Shown: piece after piece, positions 45,876-55,587 of the stretch | Layout: each line of letters opens with the position of its first letter | Position numbering within the stretch: position 1 is the first letter of the stretch | Assembly (NCBI GenBank): GCA_016935835.1 | Contig: JAFGQE010000024.1 | Location: 12,338-76,337 of the forward strand | Source of the DNA: Clostridia bacterium | Lineage (GTDB): Bacteria > Bacillota > Clostridia > DUPQ01 | Direction: 5' to 3' | Length of the DNA: 64,000 bases | Notes under the pieces: model-generated | The model's input: the letters and a program-made list of their open reading frames with translations, nothing else | What the model was told of the DNA's origin: nothing | Database searches by the model: none | Made by a program: the position numbers and the translations under genes

Positions 45876-46583
45876 CTACGGAAGCAGTCTTTCGGTCGAC
45901 TGCCGCGGCCATGTCCTGCAAAAGCGGAATCCCTCGGCATACTCCACTCCGCACTGAAGTCCCCTGAATTTTGAAACAGTCCTCACAAAATCAAGGAAAT
46001 CAATGCCGTCGTGGTCCCTCATCCACTTGACCTGGCTTTCATGTTTTTCAAGCGCCTTCAGCTTTGTTTGCAGTGTTTCCGTTATGTCGACATATTCCTC
46101 GGGAAGAAATCCCACGCCGGCCAGGGTATCCATATAATATATAGGGACTATTTTGCCAAAAGCCCCTCCGTTGGCGCCATAATGCGGAACACTTGATGAA
46201 AATGATGCGTCGAACACCATCCTTCCGGTCTCGACATGGTCCTTCATATAGTCTTCAGGCGAATGGGTTATGATCAGATCCGGCCTGACATCACGTATTA
46301 CCTCAATTAACTTTTTGACCGTGCCCTCATCCCGCGAATCCACTGTGAGGTCGGGAACATCAATGTTGAAAACCCGGCCGGCACCCAGGATTCTTCCGGA
46401 TTCCTCCGCCTCCGCGGTTCTGATCTCCCTCAGTTCCTCCGGCATGATCACGGCATGCCCCATGTTGCCGTTGGCAACATGGCACGTGAACACATCATGT
46501 TTTTTCAGCGCGAACTTTGCAAGCGTTCCCCCGCAGCCTATCTCAAGGTCGTCGGGATGGCATCCCACAGCTAAAACTCTCAT
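45876..46583 (-). CDS. PIG-L/LmbE-family N-acetylglucosaminyl deacetylase
   Basis: 'LAVGCHPDDLEIGCGGT' zinc-binding motif. Confidence 0.75.
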   Translation of the reverse strand: MRVLAVGCHPDDLEIGCGGTLAKFALKKHDVFTCHVANGNMGHAVIMPEELREIRTAEAEESGRILGAGRVFNIDVPDLTVDSRDEGTVKKLIEVIRDVRPDLIITHSPEDYMKDHVETGRMVFDASFSSSVPHYGANGGAFGKIVPIYYMDTLAGVGFLPEEYVDITETLQTKLKALEKHESQVKWMRDHDGIDFLDFVRTVSKFRGLQCGVEYAEGFRFCRTWPRQSTERLLP

Positions 46584-46593
46584 TTCATCCCCT

Positions 46594-47865
46594 CTACTTT
46601 ATATGCTTTCTGCAAACTTCCAGAAAAGCATCTATGCATCTCTTTATATGCTCGTCCTCCCAGCTTGGATGCAGGAACAGGCTCACCGTCCTCGACCTCA
46701 GGGAGTTTGCCATCGGACAGAAGACCTCATCATATCTTACGCTCTTTTTATCCGTGTATTCCCTTGACTTGAACGGAAACTTGTGCGCGCCGAATCCATT
46801 GTGCTCCCTGTAGGCTCTTTCGCGATAGGCTTCGGGCCATTGTATCCCGTAGCAGGGTATTCCCATATCGTGCAGTTCCTTGGTGAATTCCACCGCATCT
46901 ATATCCAGGACATCCGTATTAAGCACTATCGGGTACCACCAGTATGCATTCCTTCTCTCATCAGTGTTCACCGGGAGCTTGCCTATGCCCCTTTGGTTCC
47001 GAAACGCCTCATCGTACATACCCGCATACCTGTATCTTCTTGCCAGATTCCATTTATCCAATCTTTTCAGCTCATTGATTCCTATGATGGACTGTATTTC
47101 AGTCATCCTGTAATTAAATCCCACACGGTTGTGTATGTACGGCAGCTTCTCCTCAAGCGCAAGCATGTTCATCCTTTCCCTGACATCGTATCCATGGTCC
47201 CTGAATGAACGGAATTCCCATGCAAGGTCCTCGTCGTTTGTAACAACCATTCCTCCTTCGCCGCCCGTCGTGAAGTGCTTGCTCTGGCAGAAGCTGAAGC
47301 ATCCCGCATCACCGATCACCCCTGCCTTGACGCCCTTGAATTCGCCCCCGAAGCACTGCGCGCAGTCCTCAATGACCTTCAGTTTGTGCTTTTTGGCTAG
47401 GTACAATATCGGCGCCATGTCCGCCATGACACCGTAAAGATGCACGACTACTATTCCTTTGGTCCTGCGGGTTATAAGGTCTTCTATTCCATCGGGGTCT
47501 ATCGTATGGTCTTCCGTCACATCGCAGAAAACAGGTATGGCCCCCGCCTGCACGATTGCAAAGGATGATGCTATGAATGAATATGACGGAACTATAACTT
47601 CATCCCCCGGCCCGATGCCAAGTCCCGCCAGCGCTATATGAAGGGCCGCCGTTCCATTGGTACATGACACCGCGTATTTCGCGCCGTTCCATTCAGCCCA
47701 TTTTTTCTCAAACTCCATGCCTTTTTGACCCGTCCAGTAGTTCACCTTTCCGCTTTTCAAGGGTTCCTGGATGTCTGCCAGTGTTTCCGGTGCAAACTGC
47801 GGCCACATCGGGAATCCCAGGTCTTTTATCCCCGCGCCGTTCATTACCTTTTTTTCTTCTTCCAT
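46594..47865 (-). CDS. DegT/DnrJ/EryC1/StrS-family PLP-dependent (amino)sugar aminotransferase
   Basis: 423 aa with a 'SFCQSKHFTTGGEGG' PLP-lysine motif. RBS GGGAGG. Confidence 0.75.
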   Translation of the reverse strand: MEEEKKVMNGAGIKDLGFPMWPQFAPETLADIQEPLKSGKVNYWTGQKGMEFEKKWAEWNGAKYAVSCTNGTAALHIALAGLGIGPGDEVIVPSYSFIASSFAIVQAGAIPVFCDVTEDHTIDPDGIEDLITRRTKGIVVVHLYGVMADMAPILYLAKKHKLKVIEDCAQCFGGEFKGVKAGVIGDAGCFSFCQSKHFTTGGEGGMVVTNDEDLAWEFRSFRDHGYDVRERMNMLALEEKLPYIHNRVGFNYRMTEIQSIIGINELKRLDKWNLARRYRYAGMYDEAFRNQRGIGKLPVNTDERRNAYWWYPIVLNTDVLDIDAVEFTKELHDMGIPCYGIQWPEAYRERAYREHNGFGAHKFPFKSREYTDKKSVRYDEVFCPMANSLRSRTVSLFLHPSWEDEHIKRCIDAFLEVCRKHIK

Positions 47866-47886
47866 TTGAATCTACCTCCCGATTTT

Positions 47887-48321
47887 TTATTTCTTTGTTA
47901 CCGTTGCACTGCATCTGGCCATGCCGGTCATGCTAAGGTCCATCGAGTACTCATAGCCAAGCGGTTCAAGCACCCTGCTGTATATCGCCGGGCAATGCCC
48001 GCAGTATTCTTCATAGGGTTCCATGTAATCCAATTCGATCAACATGGCTTTTGACGGGCACTTATGCATTTCTATGCGAAACTCGTTTTTCCCCTCATCA
48101 AGAGTCATCCTGAAATCCGCGGCTTCTTCATTCAGGGCTTTCTCCCAATACATGAAGCATCCCCTAATGCCATGTTCCGACACAAGCTTCCTCAGGCTGT
48201 CCCTTAGATAATTATCTGATAAATAATCCCAGAAACGCCCGACCTCGGCCCGGCCGCCTTTTTTTTCAATGAAGCGAAACCCCTCGCTGTAGGCTGGTAT
48301 GAATTCGGTGCATGATATCAT
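47887..48321 (-). CDS. hypothetical Cys-containing protein, paralog A (about 144 aa)
   Basis: The ATG at 48321 has an RBS AGGAGG 8 nt upstream. Conserved 'HKCP...YCGHCP...C' positions are shared with the upstream paralog. Confidence 0.5.
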   Translation of the reverse strand: MISCTEFIPAYSEGFRFIEKKGGRAEVGRFWDYLSDNYLRDSLRKLVSEHGIRGCFMYWEKALNEEAADFRMTLDEGKNEFRIEMHKCPSKAMLIELDYMEPYEEYCGHCPAIYSRVLEPLGYEYSMDLSMTGMARCSATVTKK

Positions 48322-48783
48322 GGCATGTTCCTCCTGAAAAACCTCTGTCTGCATGCGCCTTTTTCATCGTCAAAGTATTCCAGCCTGTATTCATACGGAG
48401 TCCCCGCGCACATAGCTTCATATACGGTTCCATATGTCTCGCGGTACTGTTTTATTGGTTCAAGGCCGGCTTTCCTGATATGCGAAATGCCCGGGCACGA
48501 CTCCTGTGTTATAACAAGTTCTTTATCTTCCATCAATATTTCAACGGGCCATTCCTCCTTCTTGTAAATCTCCCTGAAGTATGACTCCAGTGAAGCAAGG
48601 TCGTCTGCAATCAGAAACTCTTTTCTGGGGGCGTGAAACGCCGAGGAGAATTCAACAAGGTATTCAATAAGCGCATTCTCGCCGAAAACCGAGCAAATAT
48701 AATCCATAAGCATATTCATCGATATGTGGAAGTCCCGGTGCAGATATTTGTTATCGGAAGCTTTTCTCTCAATAACTTTCATT
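48318..48783 (-). CDS. hypothetical Cys-containing protein, paralog B (about 155 aa)
   Basis: 'ESCPGISHIRKAG...MCAGTPYEY...GACRQRF' aligns with paralog A. ATG at 48783. Confidence 0.5.
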
Positions 48784-50121
48784 TTGCAATTCCTTTTTAT
48801 TTGCCAGTGGTCTAAGGATCTTGCCGTCGACCATCTCCACGAGAATATCGCCGGCGTTATATACAAGCTGGCTCGACCATGCCGTCCTTACTTCATATCC
48901 CCCTTGTAAAAAAGCTTCTTCCTTCGGGATATATCCCGACTGGCTGTTGGCAAGTCCGATTACCATCGTATATTCAAATGCCGATCTTTTCTTTACTTCC
49001 AGACCGAACTCAACATAAACTTCCCCGGGGAAAGTTACAAATGCAAATTCACCTACAGCCATACCCTGCATCACGGTCTCGAACTCTTTGTCCGGCCTTT
49101 CGAGCATTCCCTTTATCATCTTTGCATAGGTCTTGTCGGGTATTCCGTCGAACATGTCCTCCACTTTGTCCCTGTCCCTTTCGAGAACCATGTCGGCCCA
49201 TTCCCTTTCCTGTAGTGTTATTTCGCGAAGCGGTATTGCGACGGTCTTGGATTCATATGATACCGGGCCTTCGATTGGATGTGATAATTCGATGCATTCC
49301 TTAGAATGACGGCCAAGCTTACGCCCTATTCGCCTGGTCTCCCGAAAATCCCTCCATTGATTTGTTTTTTTGAAATTCAGGTGGTTTATATTGCCTTCGG
49401 CGCCGTTTGCAAAAAGCACGACGGCATCCCTTCCATATGAATCCAGCAGATATTCGTCAAGATAGTGTATGAAATCCCTTGATATGAGCCATTTGTAGCC
49501 GACAAGAATGGCCGGGTGAAGGGTGAAGTTAACCAGACATGCAAGCAGTTCACCCGTCTTTTTCCAAACGGAAAGAACAAGAAGCTCCGGGTCTGTCGGC
49601 CCGGTCGCCCCGACAATGTCTTCAGCTTCAAATTCCTCAAAATTCATGACCACCGTGCCGTCCTTTTTGACAAGCCGCCTGTTGAAACTAAGGTCACTGA
49701 TTTCCTTCCGGCCTATCCTCAGGTCCGCCTCTATATACCTTTTATGTATTTCCCCGGCTCCATCCGCAACTTTGACTGCCGTTTCACCCAAATATTCGCC
49801 GATGATTTCATCTATCCCATGGTACATCCGCATGCACGTGTCCGGCCCCGAATGCGTGTGTGTTCCCCAGATCGTTATATTCGAAGCCGCAATCCCGGTT
49901 GATTTGGAAACCTTCTTCCTGATGTCGTTGCAAGTTTCGTATTTGAGTCCGACGAAATCAAATCCCATCAGGCACACTTCGGTCTTTCCATCATCAAGCA
50001 TCAGTATATTGCAGAACAAATCGTCATGAACTCCCCTGGATTTATTGTCAATCCTTACGTTTCCACCCATCGGGATGCCGTTCCCGGGCGTTATCTTAAC
50101 TCTTCCGGCTGCTGCTTTCAT
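48769..50121 (-). CDS. neutral/alkaline ceramidase-family hydrolase
   Basis: 'GRVKITP' N-terminus and the 'IWGTHTHSGP' zinc-site motif of the neutral ceramidase N-terminal domain. RBS AGGAGA. Confidence 0.65.
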   Translation of the reverse strand: MKAAAGRVKITPGNGIPMGGNVRIDNKSRGVHDDLFCNILMLDDGKTEVCLMGFDFVGLKYETCNDIRKKVSKSTGIAASNITIWGTHTHSGPDTCMRMYHGIDEIIGEYLGETAVKVADGAGEIHKRYIEADLRIGRKEISDLSFNRRLVKKDGTVVMNFEEFEAEDIVGATGPTDPELLVLSVWKKTGELLACLVNFTLHPAILVGYKWLISRDFIHYLDEYLLDSYGRDAVVLFANGAEGNINHLNFKKTNQWRDFRETRRIGRKLGRHSKECIELSHPIEGPVSYESKTVAIPLREITLQEREWADMVLERDRDKVEDMFDGIPDKTYAKMIKGMLERPDKEFETVMQGMAVGEFAFVTFPGEVYVEFGLEVKKRSAFEYTMVIGLANSQSGYIPKEEAFLQGGYEVRTAWSSQLVYNAGDILVEMVDGKILRPLANKKELQNESY

Positions 50122-50129
50122 CTCGTCTC

Positions 50130-51326
50130 CTAAAATATTTTATTGAATATATATCTCGCCCCGCCTGCTGTAACAGGGTTCCCTTCGAATTCCGACATAA
50201 TGATCTTTGTTCTGCGATTTCTGTCAAGGCCTATCCTTCTCTGAACTTCCACAACCTTCTTCAAAAACCCGCTGCCCATGGCGGTTATTTTGCCCCCTAT
50301 TACAACAGCCCCCGGGTTAATCAGGTTGATGGCGTTATTGATTCCGTACGCTATATATTCCGCCGTCTTGTCAATTTGCCCGGAATACCTTTTTTTGCCG
50401 ATGTATTCCATTGCGATTATCCTCAGCTTCTCATCTTCCGTCCTTGTCTCCGGATGTTCTTTTAAAAAATCCGTTTCGCTTTCAATGTTTGCCACAAGGG
50501 CGGGGATGCTTGCAAGAATTTCAAGGCAGCCCCTGCTCCCGCATTTGCACACGGGCCCGTTGAGGTCGATCGATATGTGCCCGAACTCACCCGCAAGCTC
50601 ACCAGAGCCTTCATATATGCTTCCGTTTATTATTATTCCGGCTCCTATACCGGCATGAATGTCAATGTAAAGCAGATTGTCCGTATGTCTTCCGATTGCC
50701 CCGTACTGCGATTCCGCGTAAGCACATAAACCGGATTCGTTCATTATTTCCACCGTAACATCCGGAAAAGCTTTTTTCAATTTTTCATAAAACAGGTTTG
50801 ATGTTTCCAGTGGTATTATGGTGGAAGACACCACCCTCCCCTTCTTTCTGTCGATTATACCGGGCGCACCGACGCATATGCCAAGCAATCGATCGACTCC
50901 ATAACCGCATTTTTCAAGAAGAATCGCCGTATTTTCAACTATTGACGAACCCAGCGCTTCATAATCTTTCAATGGTATGAACACCTCGTCCAGTGATTGG
51001 CATTTCAAATTGAAGATTCCAAGATAATACCCGTTCTTTTGAAGGTCAGCCGCTATTATTGCCCCTCCGCCGGGATTGACTTCCAGCATAATGGGTTTTC
51101 TTCCGCTTGTTGCCAATTCACCAGCCCCGGTCTCGATTACCAGGCCCGATGAAATCAATCCGTCCGCAAGAGTTGACACAGTAGTGGGGCTCAATCCTGT
51201 ACTGGCTGCTATCCCTGCCCTTGAAATCCCTTCGTTAATGCAAATCAATGCAAAGATACGCCTCATATTGGCTTCTTTTATAAGCTGCTGGCTTGATGTC
51301 TTTTTAGGTCCGACGTCAGTAAACAA
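50130..51326 (-). CDS. ROK-family transcriptional regulator (NagC/XylR-like)
   Basis: N-terminal HTH ('QQLIKEANMRRIFALI...ISRAGIA') followed by a ROK sugar-kinase-like domain with a 'CKCGSRGCLE' zinc motif. TTG start with an RBS GGAG. Confidence 0.75.
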   Translation of the reverse strand: MFTDVGPKKTSSQQLIKEANMRRIFALICINEGISRAGIAASTGLSPTTVSTLADGLISSGLVIETGAGELATSGRKPIMLEVNPGGGAIIAADLQKNGYYLGIFNLKCQSLDEVFIPLKDYEALGSSIVENTAILLEKCGYGVDRLLGICVGAPGIIDRKKGRVVSSTIIPLETSNLFYEKLKKAFPDVTVEIMNESGLCAYAESQYGAIGRHTDNLLYIDIHAGIGAGIIINGSIYEGSGELAGEFGHISIDLNGPVCKCGSRGCLEILASIPALVANIESETDFLKEHPETRTEDEKLRIIAMEYIGKKRYSGQIDKTAEYIAYGINNAINLINPGAVVIGGKITAMGSGFLKKVVEVQRRIGLDRNRRTKIIMSEFEGNPVTAGGARYIFNKIF

Positions 51327-51529
51327 TTAATTTCTCCAGTGGCTTTATTAATTGTATGTTATCACTGTTTCATCAGGGCGTCAACCGCTCCCGCCGCACA
51401 TTCCTTTTGTTTTTCCATGCTCGCACCGTCAGCTGAATGCAACCGCATGCGGTTCGCCTATCCCGGCCTTTCAAGAACCGGTACAGGCGGATATATTGGT
51501 TTGTTTTATCCCGTCGACGGCAACCCGGA

Positions 51530-52792
51530 TCACCACATCCTGTCGATGAGTTCCCTTACTATCTTCACGGCCTTGCCTGCTTTTTTAAAATCATCGGTAA
51601 GAGTGTATACATCCCTGAATATAATCTCCATATGGCATCCTTTGCCTGCCTTCAATGTCCTTTCGATATGCTTTCTGAAGGCTTCCTCGTCGAAGCTGCC
51701 GACTCCAAGGAAATTCGGACTGGGTTTCCTTGAATATATGACGTTGCCGCCCCTTAAAGCCTCTCCCATGAGTTCTTCATTACACCAGGGTGAGATTGAT
51801 ACTTTTCTAAGATTTTTCAACTTGCTTACGCATGTTTCCCATATTTCGTGGACCGGCTCGCAGCAACCGTAATAAACAAGCCCGAACCTTTCGGCGGCTT
51901 TTCTAAAAATAGGAAATACAAACTCCTCATACATCGAAGGGGATAATCCAACGCTTTCCTGGGAATTCATGTTTCCCCAGATGTCCCTTGTGGTAATCCT
52001 TCCCGTTTTTTTATAATCCTCGGATGGAAGTTCATCGGTAAACCCGTAACTGCCCGCCCCCGCCCTGATATTCCCGTTGTCCAGTGCAAGCAGTCCGTTC
52101 TGTTCCTGCCAGTCCATGTATTCGAAGGAATCCTCGAGTATGAAGTCAAAAAGCTCCCTTGTCTCGTCGGGGTAGTCCATTATTGAATACATAAGGGTCT
52201 CAAGCCCCATCATATTGACCGCCCTGGCTGTAAACGACATGAACCAAAGCAAAGAATTGTTCACAAGCTGTATTTTCAGAATATCGCCAAGCAGATCCTG
52301 CATGAATTCAAAATGGCTTTGAGTCCCCTTGGCGTCATAATTGTAAACGGATTTTTTAAGCATCCCGAAATCCCTTGCCAGGTCCTTGATCGGATGTTCG
52401 CTGCTGTATCCCAGGTTCCTGCCCTTGGAATCAGCCGCCCGGTGAATTACCCTGTCGGCATCAAGCTCCCTCATATTGATTCTCATCCCGACGGGGAAAA
52501 AATCAGGAACCACCTTGTCGTCATCCACCAGTTCATGGCTGCTTATATTTGACAAGAGCTCATTCTCAACCGCAACCGCTGCCTCGGAAACACAAAACCT
52601 TTCCGGAAACAGCTCCTCCCGGAATGGCCCGGTCTCGACGACGACCATCGGTTTTTCACCCCTCAGACCGTTGTTGTCATACCAGTTCTTTCTTCGCGCC
52701 TCCATTACGGGGAGCCTTGAAATATCCAGTTGCTTCTTCGCCAGATCCCTTAGATATTCTTTTTCTTTTTTTAGTATAAAATAATCAGCCAT
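51530..52792 (-). CDS. hypothetical TIM-barrel protein, possibly URO-D/methyltransferase-like; first gene of the long minus-strand locus
   Basis: 420 aa with an RBS GGAG. I cannot assign a family with confidence. Confidence 0.4.
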   Translation of the reverse strand: MADYFILKKEKEYLRDLAKKQLDISRLPVMEARRKNWYDNNGLRGEKPMVVVETGPFREELFPERFCVSEAAVAVENELLSNISSHELVDDDKVVPDFFPVGMRINMRELDADRVIHRAADSKGRNLGYSSEHPIKDLARDFGMLKKSVYNYDAKGTQSHFEFMQDLLGDILKIQLVNNSLLWFMSFTARAVNMMGLETLMYSIMDYPDETRELFDFILEDSFEYMDWQEQNGLLALDNGNIRAGAGSYGFTDELPSEDYKKTGRITTRDIWGNMNSQESVGLSPSMYEEFVFPIFRKAAERFGLVYYGCCEPVHEIWETCVSKLKNLRKVSISPWCNEELMGEALRGGNVIYSRKPSPNFLGVGSFDEEAFRKHIERTLKAGKGCHMEIIFRDVYTLTDDFKKAGKAVKIVRELIDRMW

Positions 52793-52942
52793 ATTACACT
52801 CCGTTTGTTTTTTTCATTATACTATATGTGAATTTGGTTTGACATACACCGCTTCCTTGCAACAAAAATTATACCGTATTTGAAATTATCAATTCCATGC
52901 AATATACTGTAAGAGGATAATAATTATTAAAGGAGATGCCTT

Positions 52943-53401
52943 ATGTTTTGTGAACAATGCGGTAAGGAAATACCTGAAAACTCCAAGTTCTGTTCCGGAT
53001 GCGGAGCGAAAATCGAACCTACGGAAAACATCCTTGAAGAGTCCATGTCTGAACCCACGGCAGCGGAAGCCTCTTATTTTGAAGAACCTCCCCGGGCAGA
53101 ACCCGCCAAGCCGGTTCCCCCTCCTGCGCCCGTAGTGCAAAAAGCACAGTACAACGATAAGAACAACCTTGTAAAGCCGCTGAGCATAGGCGCCTATGTC
53201 GGCATGCTCATCCTGCTGTGGATACCTATCGTCAACATCATAATGCTGCTTGTCTGGAGTTTCAGCGATACCGTAAACGTAAACAAGAAGCATCTGGCAA
53301 TCGCAATACTCATACTGGCTTTGATAGGAATCGTACTGGGAATCATATTCGGCGTCCTGACCGCAATCCTCGGAGCCGGTTTTTACCGTTATTATTTTTA
53401 G
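52943..53401 (+). CDS. zinc-ribbon domain membrane protein
   Basis: N-terminal 'CEQCGKEI...CSGCGAKI', a Pro-rich linker and two C-terminal TM helices. RBS AAGGAG. Confidence 0.65.
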   Translation: MFCEQCGKEIPENSKFCSGCGAKIEPTENILEESMSEPTAAEASYFEEPPRAEPAKPVPPPAPVVQKAQYNDKNNLVKPLSIGAYVGMLILLWIPIVNIIMLLVWSFSDTVNVNKKHLAIAILILALIGIVLGIIFGVLTAILGAGFYRYYF

Positions 53402-53425
53402 AATCAGCAATCAAGGAGATGAACA

Positions 53426-54043
53426 ATGGGAAATAATTTTTGCGGCAATTGCGGCGCGGCATTGAAGCAAGGCGTGAAATTCTGCGGCAAATGCGGACAT
53501 GCGGTTCCCGGTGTCCCTGTTACCGGCCCAAACCCGGCTGCTCCCGCAGGTAAAAGCATGTCTTATCGCCTGATGATTCCGGCGTCATACAAAAAAAACC
53601 TGATTTCCATTAAGGGCTGTACACTGATTTTTTCCGACTCGCAGATATTAATCGCCTTTTTCAATCAGAAACTTATGAATCAACACATAAACGAGGTCCG
53701 GAACGAGGCAAGGGACGAGGGTTTCTTTAAAAGAGCCGCGGCGGTCATGTCCGCCGGATTCTCCTACTCGGAAAGATACCGGACAATGCTTCCCGATGCG
53801 ATACTCGCAGAATCACCCGACAACTTTTCGATACTGAACAATTCGGTTGAGTTAGTCAAATTCAAGCATTCCCGGACCAGTTACAATTCCGATGAAACGA
53901 CTCACACATACCCGCCCGAGCTGACCATAAAATGTCCGGGGGGAAAATACAATTTCTCGCTCAACCTGTCTTCCGACAGCGGTAACCTGGTCAGGGTCCT
54001 GCACGAATTATTCCCTGAAAGATACAAAGGCCCGAAAAGATAG
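53426..54043 (+). CDS. zinc-ribbon domain protein with an uncharacterised C-terminal domain
   Basis: N-terminal 'CGNCGAAL...CGKCGHAV'. RBS AAGGAG. Confidence 0.6.
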   Translation: MGNNFCGNCGAALKQGVKFCGKCGHAVPGVPVTGPNPAAPAGKSMSYRLMIPASYKKNLISIKGCTLIFSDSQILIAFFNQKLMNQHINEVRNEARDEGFFKRAAAVMSAGFSYSERYRTMLPDAILAESPDNFSILNNSVELVKFKHSRTSYNSDETTHTYPPELTIKCPGGKYNFSLNLSSDSGNLVRVLHELFPERYKGPKR

Positions 54044-54070
54044 CCTGTCGTTGACCGGCAAAAAGAAAAG

Positions 54071-54106
54071 AGCGGCATGTCGTTTTATGACAGCCGCTTA
54101 TTTTTA
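54071..54106. terminator. bidirectional rho-independent terminator between the zinc-ribbon gene and the convergent M29 aminopeptidase
   Basis: AAAAGAAAAG-AGCGGCATGTC-gttttat-GACAGCCGCT-TATTTTTATT. Confidence 0.55.
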
Positions 54107-54152
54107 TTGCCTGTGATTGTCCTTGATCACAACTTGGCCTGGCTGCTTTTCT

Positions 54153-55262
54153 CTATTTTAGATTTTCAGGATTCAGGCACAGCAATTCGTCTGTCACAAA
54201 GATGCCGTCTTTTCTCACAAGGACATCATCAAAATAAATATTCCCCCCGCCGTATTCCGGTGTCTGTATAAGGACAAGATCCCAGTGTATTGCGGAATCG
54301 TTCCCGTTCGGAGCTTCCTCATAGCACTGCCCCGGCGTCAGGTGAATGCTTCCGGCAATTTTCTCGTCAAAAAGCGTGTCCTTCATCGGATCCGTTATAA
54401 ATGGATTCACTCCTATCGCAAACTCACCGACATATCTGGCGCCTTCATCAGTATCAAGCCTTTTGTTTGTCTTTTCAGTATTTGATGATACCGCCTTTGT
54501 AATTTTACCGTTTACGAATGTAAAGCTGATGTTCTCAATTGCTTCCCCTTCGCTCATCGCAGGCGCATTGAAGGTTATCCTCCCGTTGATGCTGTCCCTG
54601 ACCGGCGCCGTGAATACTTCCCCGTCAGGTATATTCATTTCACCTGCGCACTTTATGGCAGGGATTCCCTTGATTGAAAATTCAAGGTCGGTGCCCGGGC
54701 CTTCAATCCTGACCTTGTCGGTTTTGTTCATCAGGTTCACCAGATTATCCATTGCCGCGGACATTTTTGAATAATCCAGGTTGCAGACGTCAAAAAAGAA
54801 CTCCTCGAATTCGTCCGTTGGTTTTTGGGCAAGCTGAGCCATCGAATCGTTGGGATATCTCAGGACACACCACCTCGTGTTATTTACCCGCTCGTCAAAT
54901 GCCGGCTTCATAATTCTGGAAAACATGGCTGTCTTTTCCGGCGGTATTATACTTGATTCAAATATATTGTCCATTGCCCTTATAGCAATGTAAGCGTCCA
55001 TATGCTTCATCATTGAAAGCTGGCCGTCGTTCATTATTTCCAGCTGCTCTTGCGTTATATCCTTGAGCAGCAGGCATTTTATCTGGTTGTCTGTATAATT
55101 TACAAACGGAAGTCCGCCGGCTTCATATGCTTTTGAAACAAGCTCTTTTATAAGGGCATTGTCCTTCCCGGAAAACTCAATCAGGAGCTTTTCCCCGGTC
55201 TTAATCTTCACGGAATAATTTATAAGGTTGTCCGCCAGTTTTTCATATCTTGCGTCTTTCAT
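54153..55262 (-). CDS. M29-family aminopeptidase (AmpS/PepS-like)
   Basis: 369 aa with M29 thermophilic-metalloprotease signatures ('GEFAIGVNP', 'HWDLV'). RBS AGGAGG. Confidence 0.75.
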   Translation of the reverse strand: MKDARYEKLADNLINYSVKIKTGEKLLIEFSGKDNALIKELVSKAYEAGGLPFVNYTDNQIKCLLLKDITQEQLEIMNDGQLSMMKHMDAYIAIRAMDNIFESSIIPPEKTAMFSRIMKPAFDERVNNTRWCVLRYPNDSMAQLAQKPTDEFEEFFFDVCNLDYSKMSAAMDNLVNLMNKTDKVRIEGPGTDLEFSIKGIPAIKCAGEMNIPDGEVFTAPVRDSINGRITFNAPAMSEGEAIENISFTFVNGKITKAVSSNTEKTNKRLDTDEGARYVGEFAIGVNPFITDPMKDTLFDEKIAGSIHLTPGQCYEEAPNGNDSAIHWDLVLIQTPEYGGGNIYFDDVLVRKDGIFVTDELLCLNPENLK

Positions 55263-55587
55263 TTTTCCTCCTGTTTTACAGGCTTATGGCCTTATTATAT
55301 TTTGGTCCGAATGCCTGCCTGCAGGCACTTGCTTTCCACTCCCTGCCTTTTAAAGCATCCTTGAACAAATGCCATTATACCACAGCATATTATTTAAACG
55401 CAGGGAACACCCGCTACTGTCTATATTGACCGCAAGCAATCAGTATGAATTAAATGCTTCTTGTAATCAGCCTTTCCTTTCCCCTGTTACCGCAAATGAT
55501 ATTGCCTGTTGATTCAAACAGTCAGTGAAAAAGTGTATAATTACAAAAGTGGAATCAAAATACCCGGTTCCCGCCAAAGGACAGAAA

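Noticed and set aside
55263-55587. Possible small gene or ncRNA in the 325-bp gap upstream of the MacB-like permease (includes minus-strand ORF 55467-55739)
   Set aside because: The 90-aa minus-strand ORF overlaps the permease start region and has no RBS. The gap is most likely just the promoter region. No structured motif was recognised.
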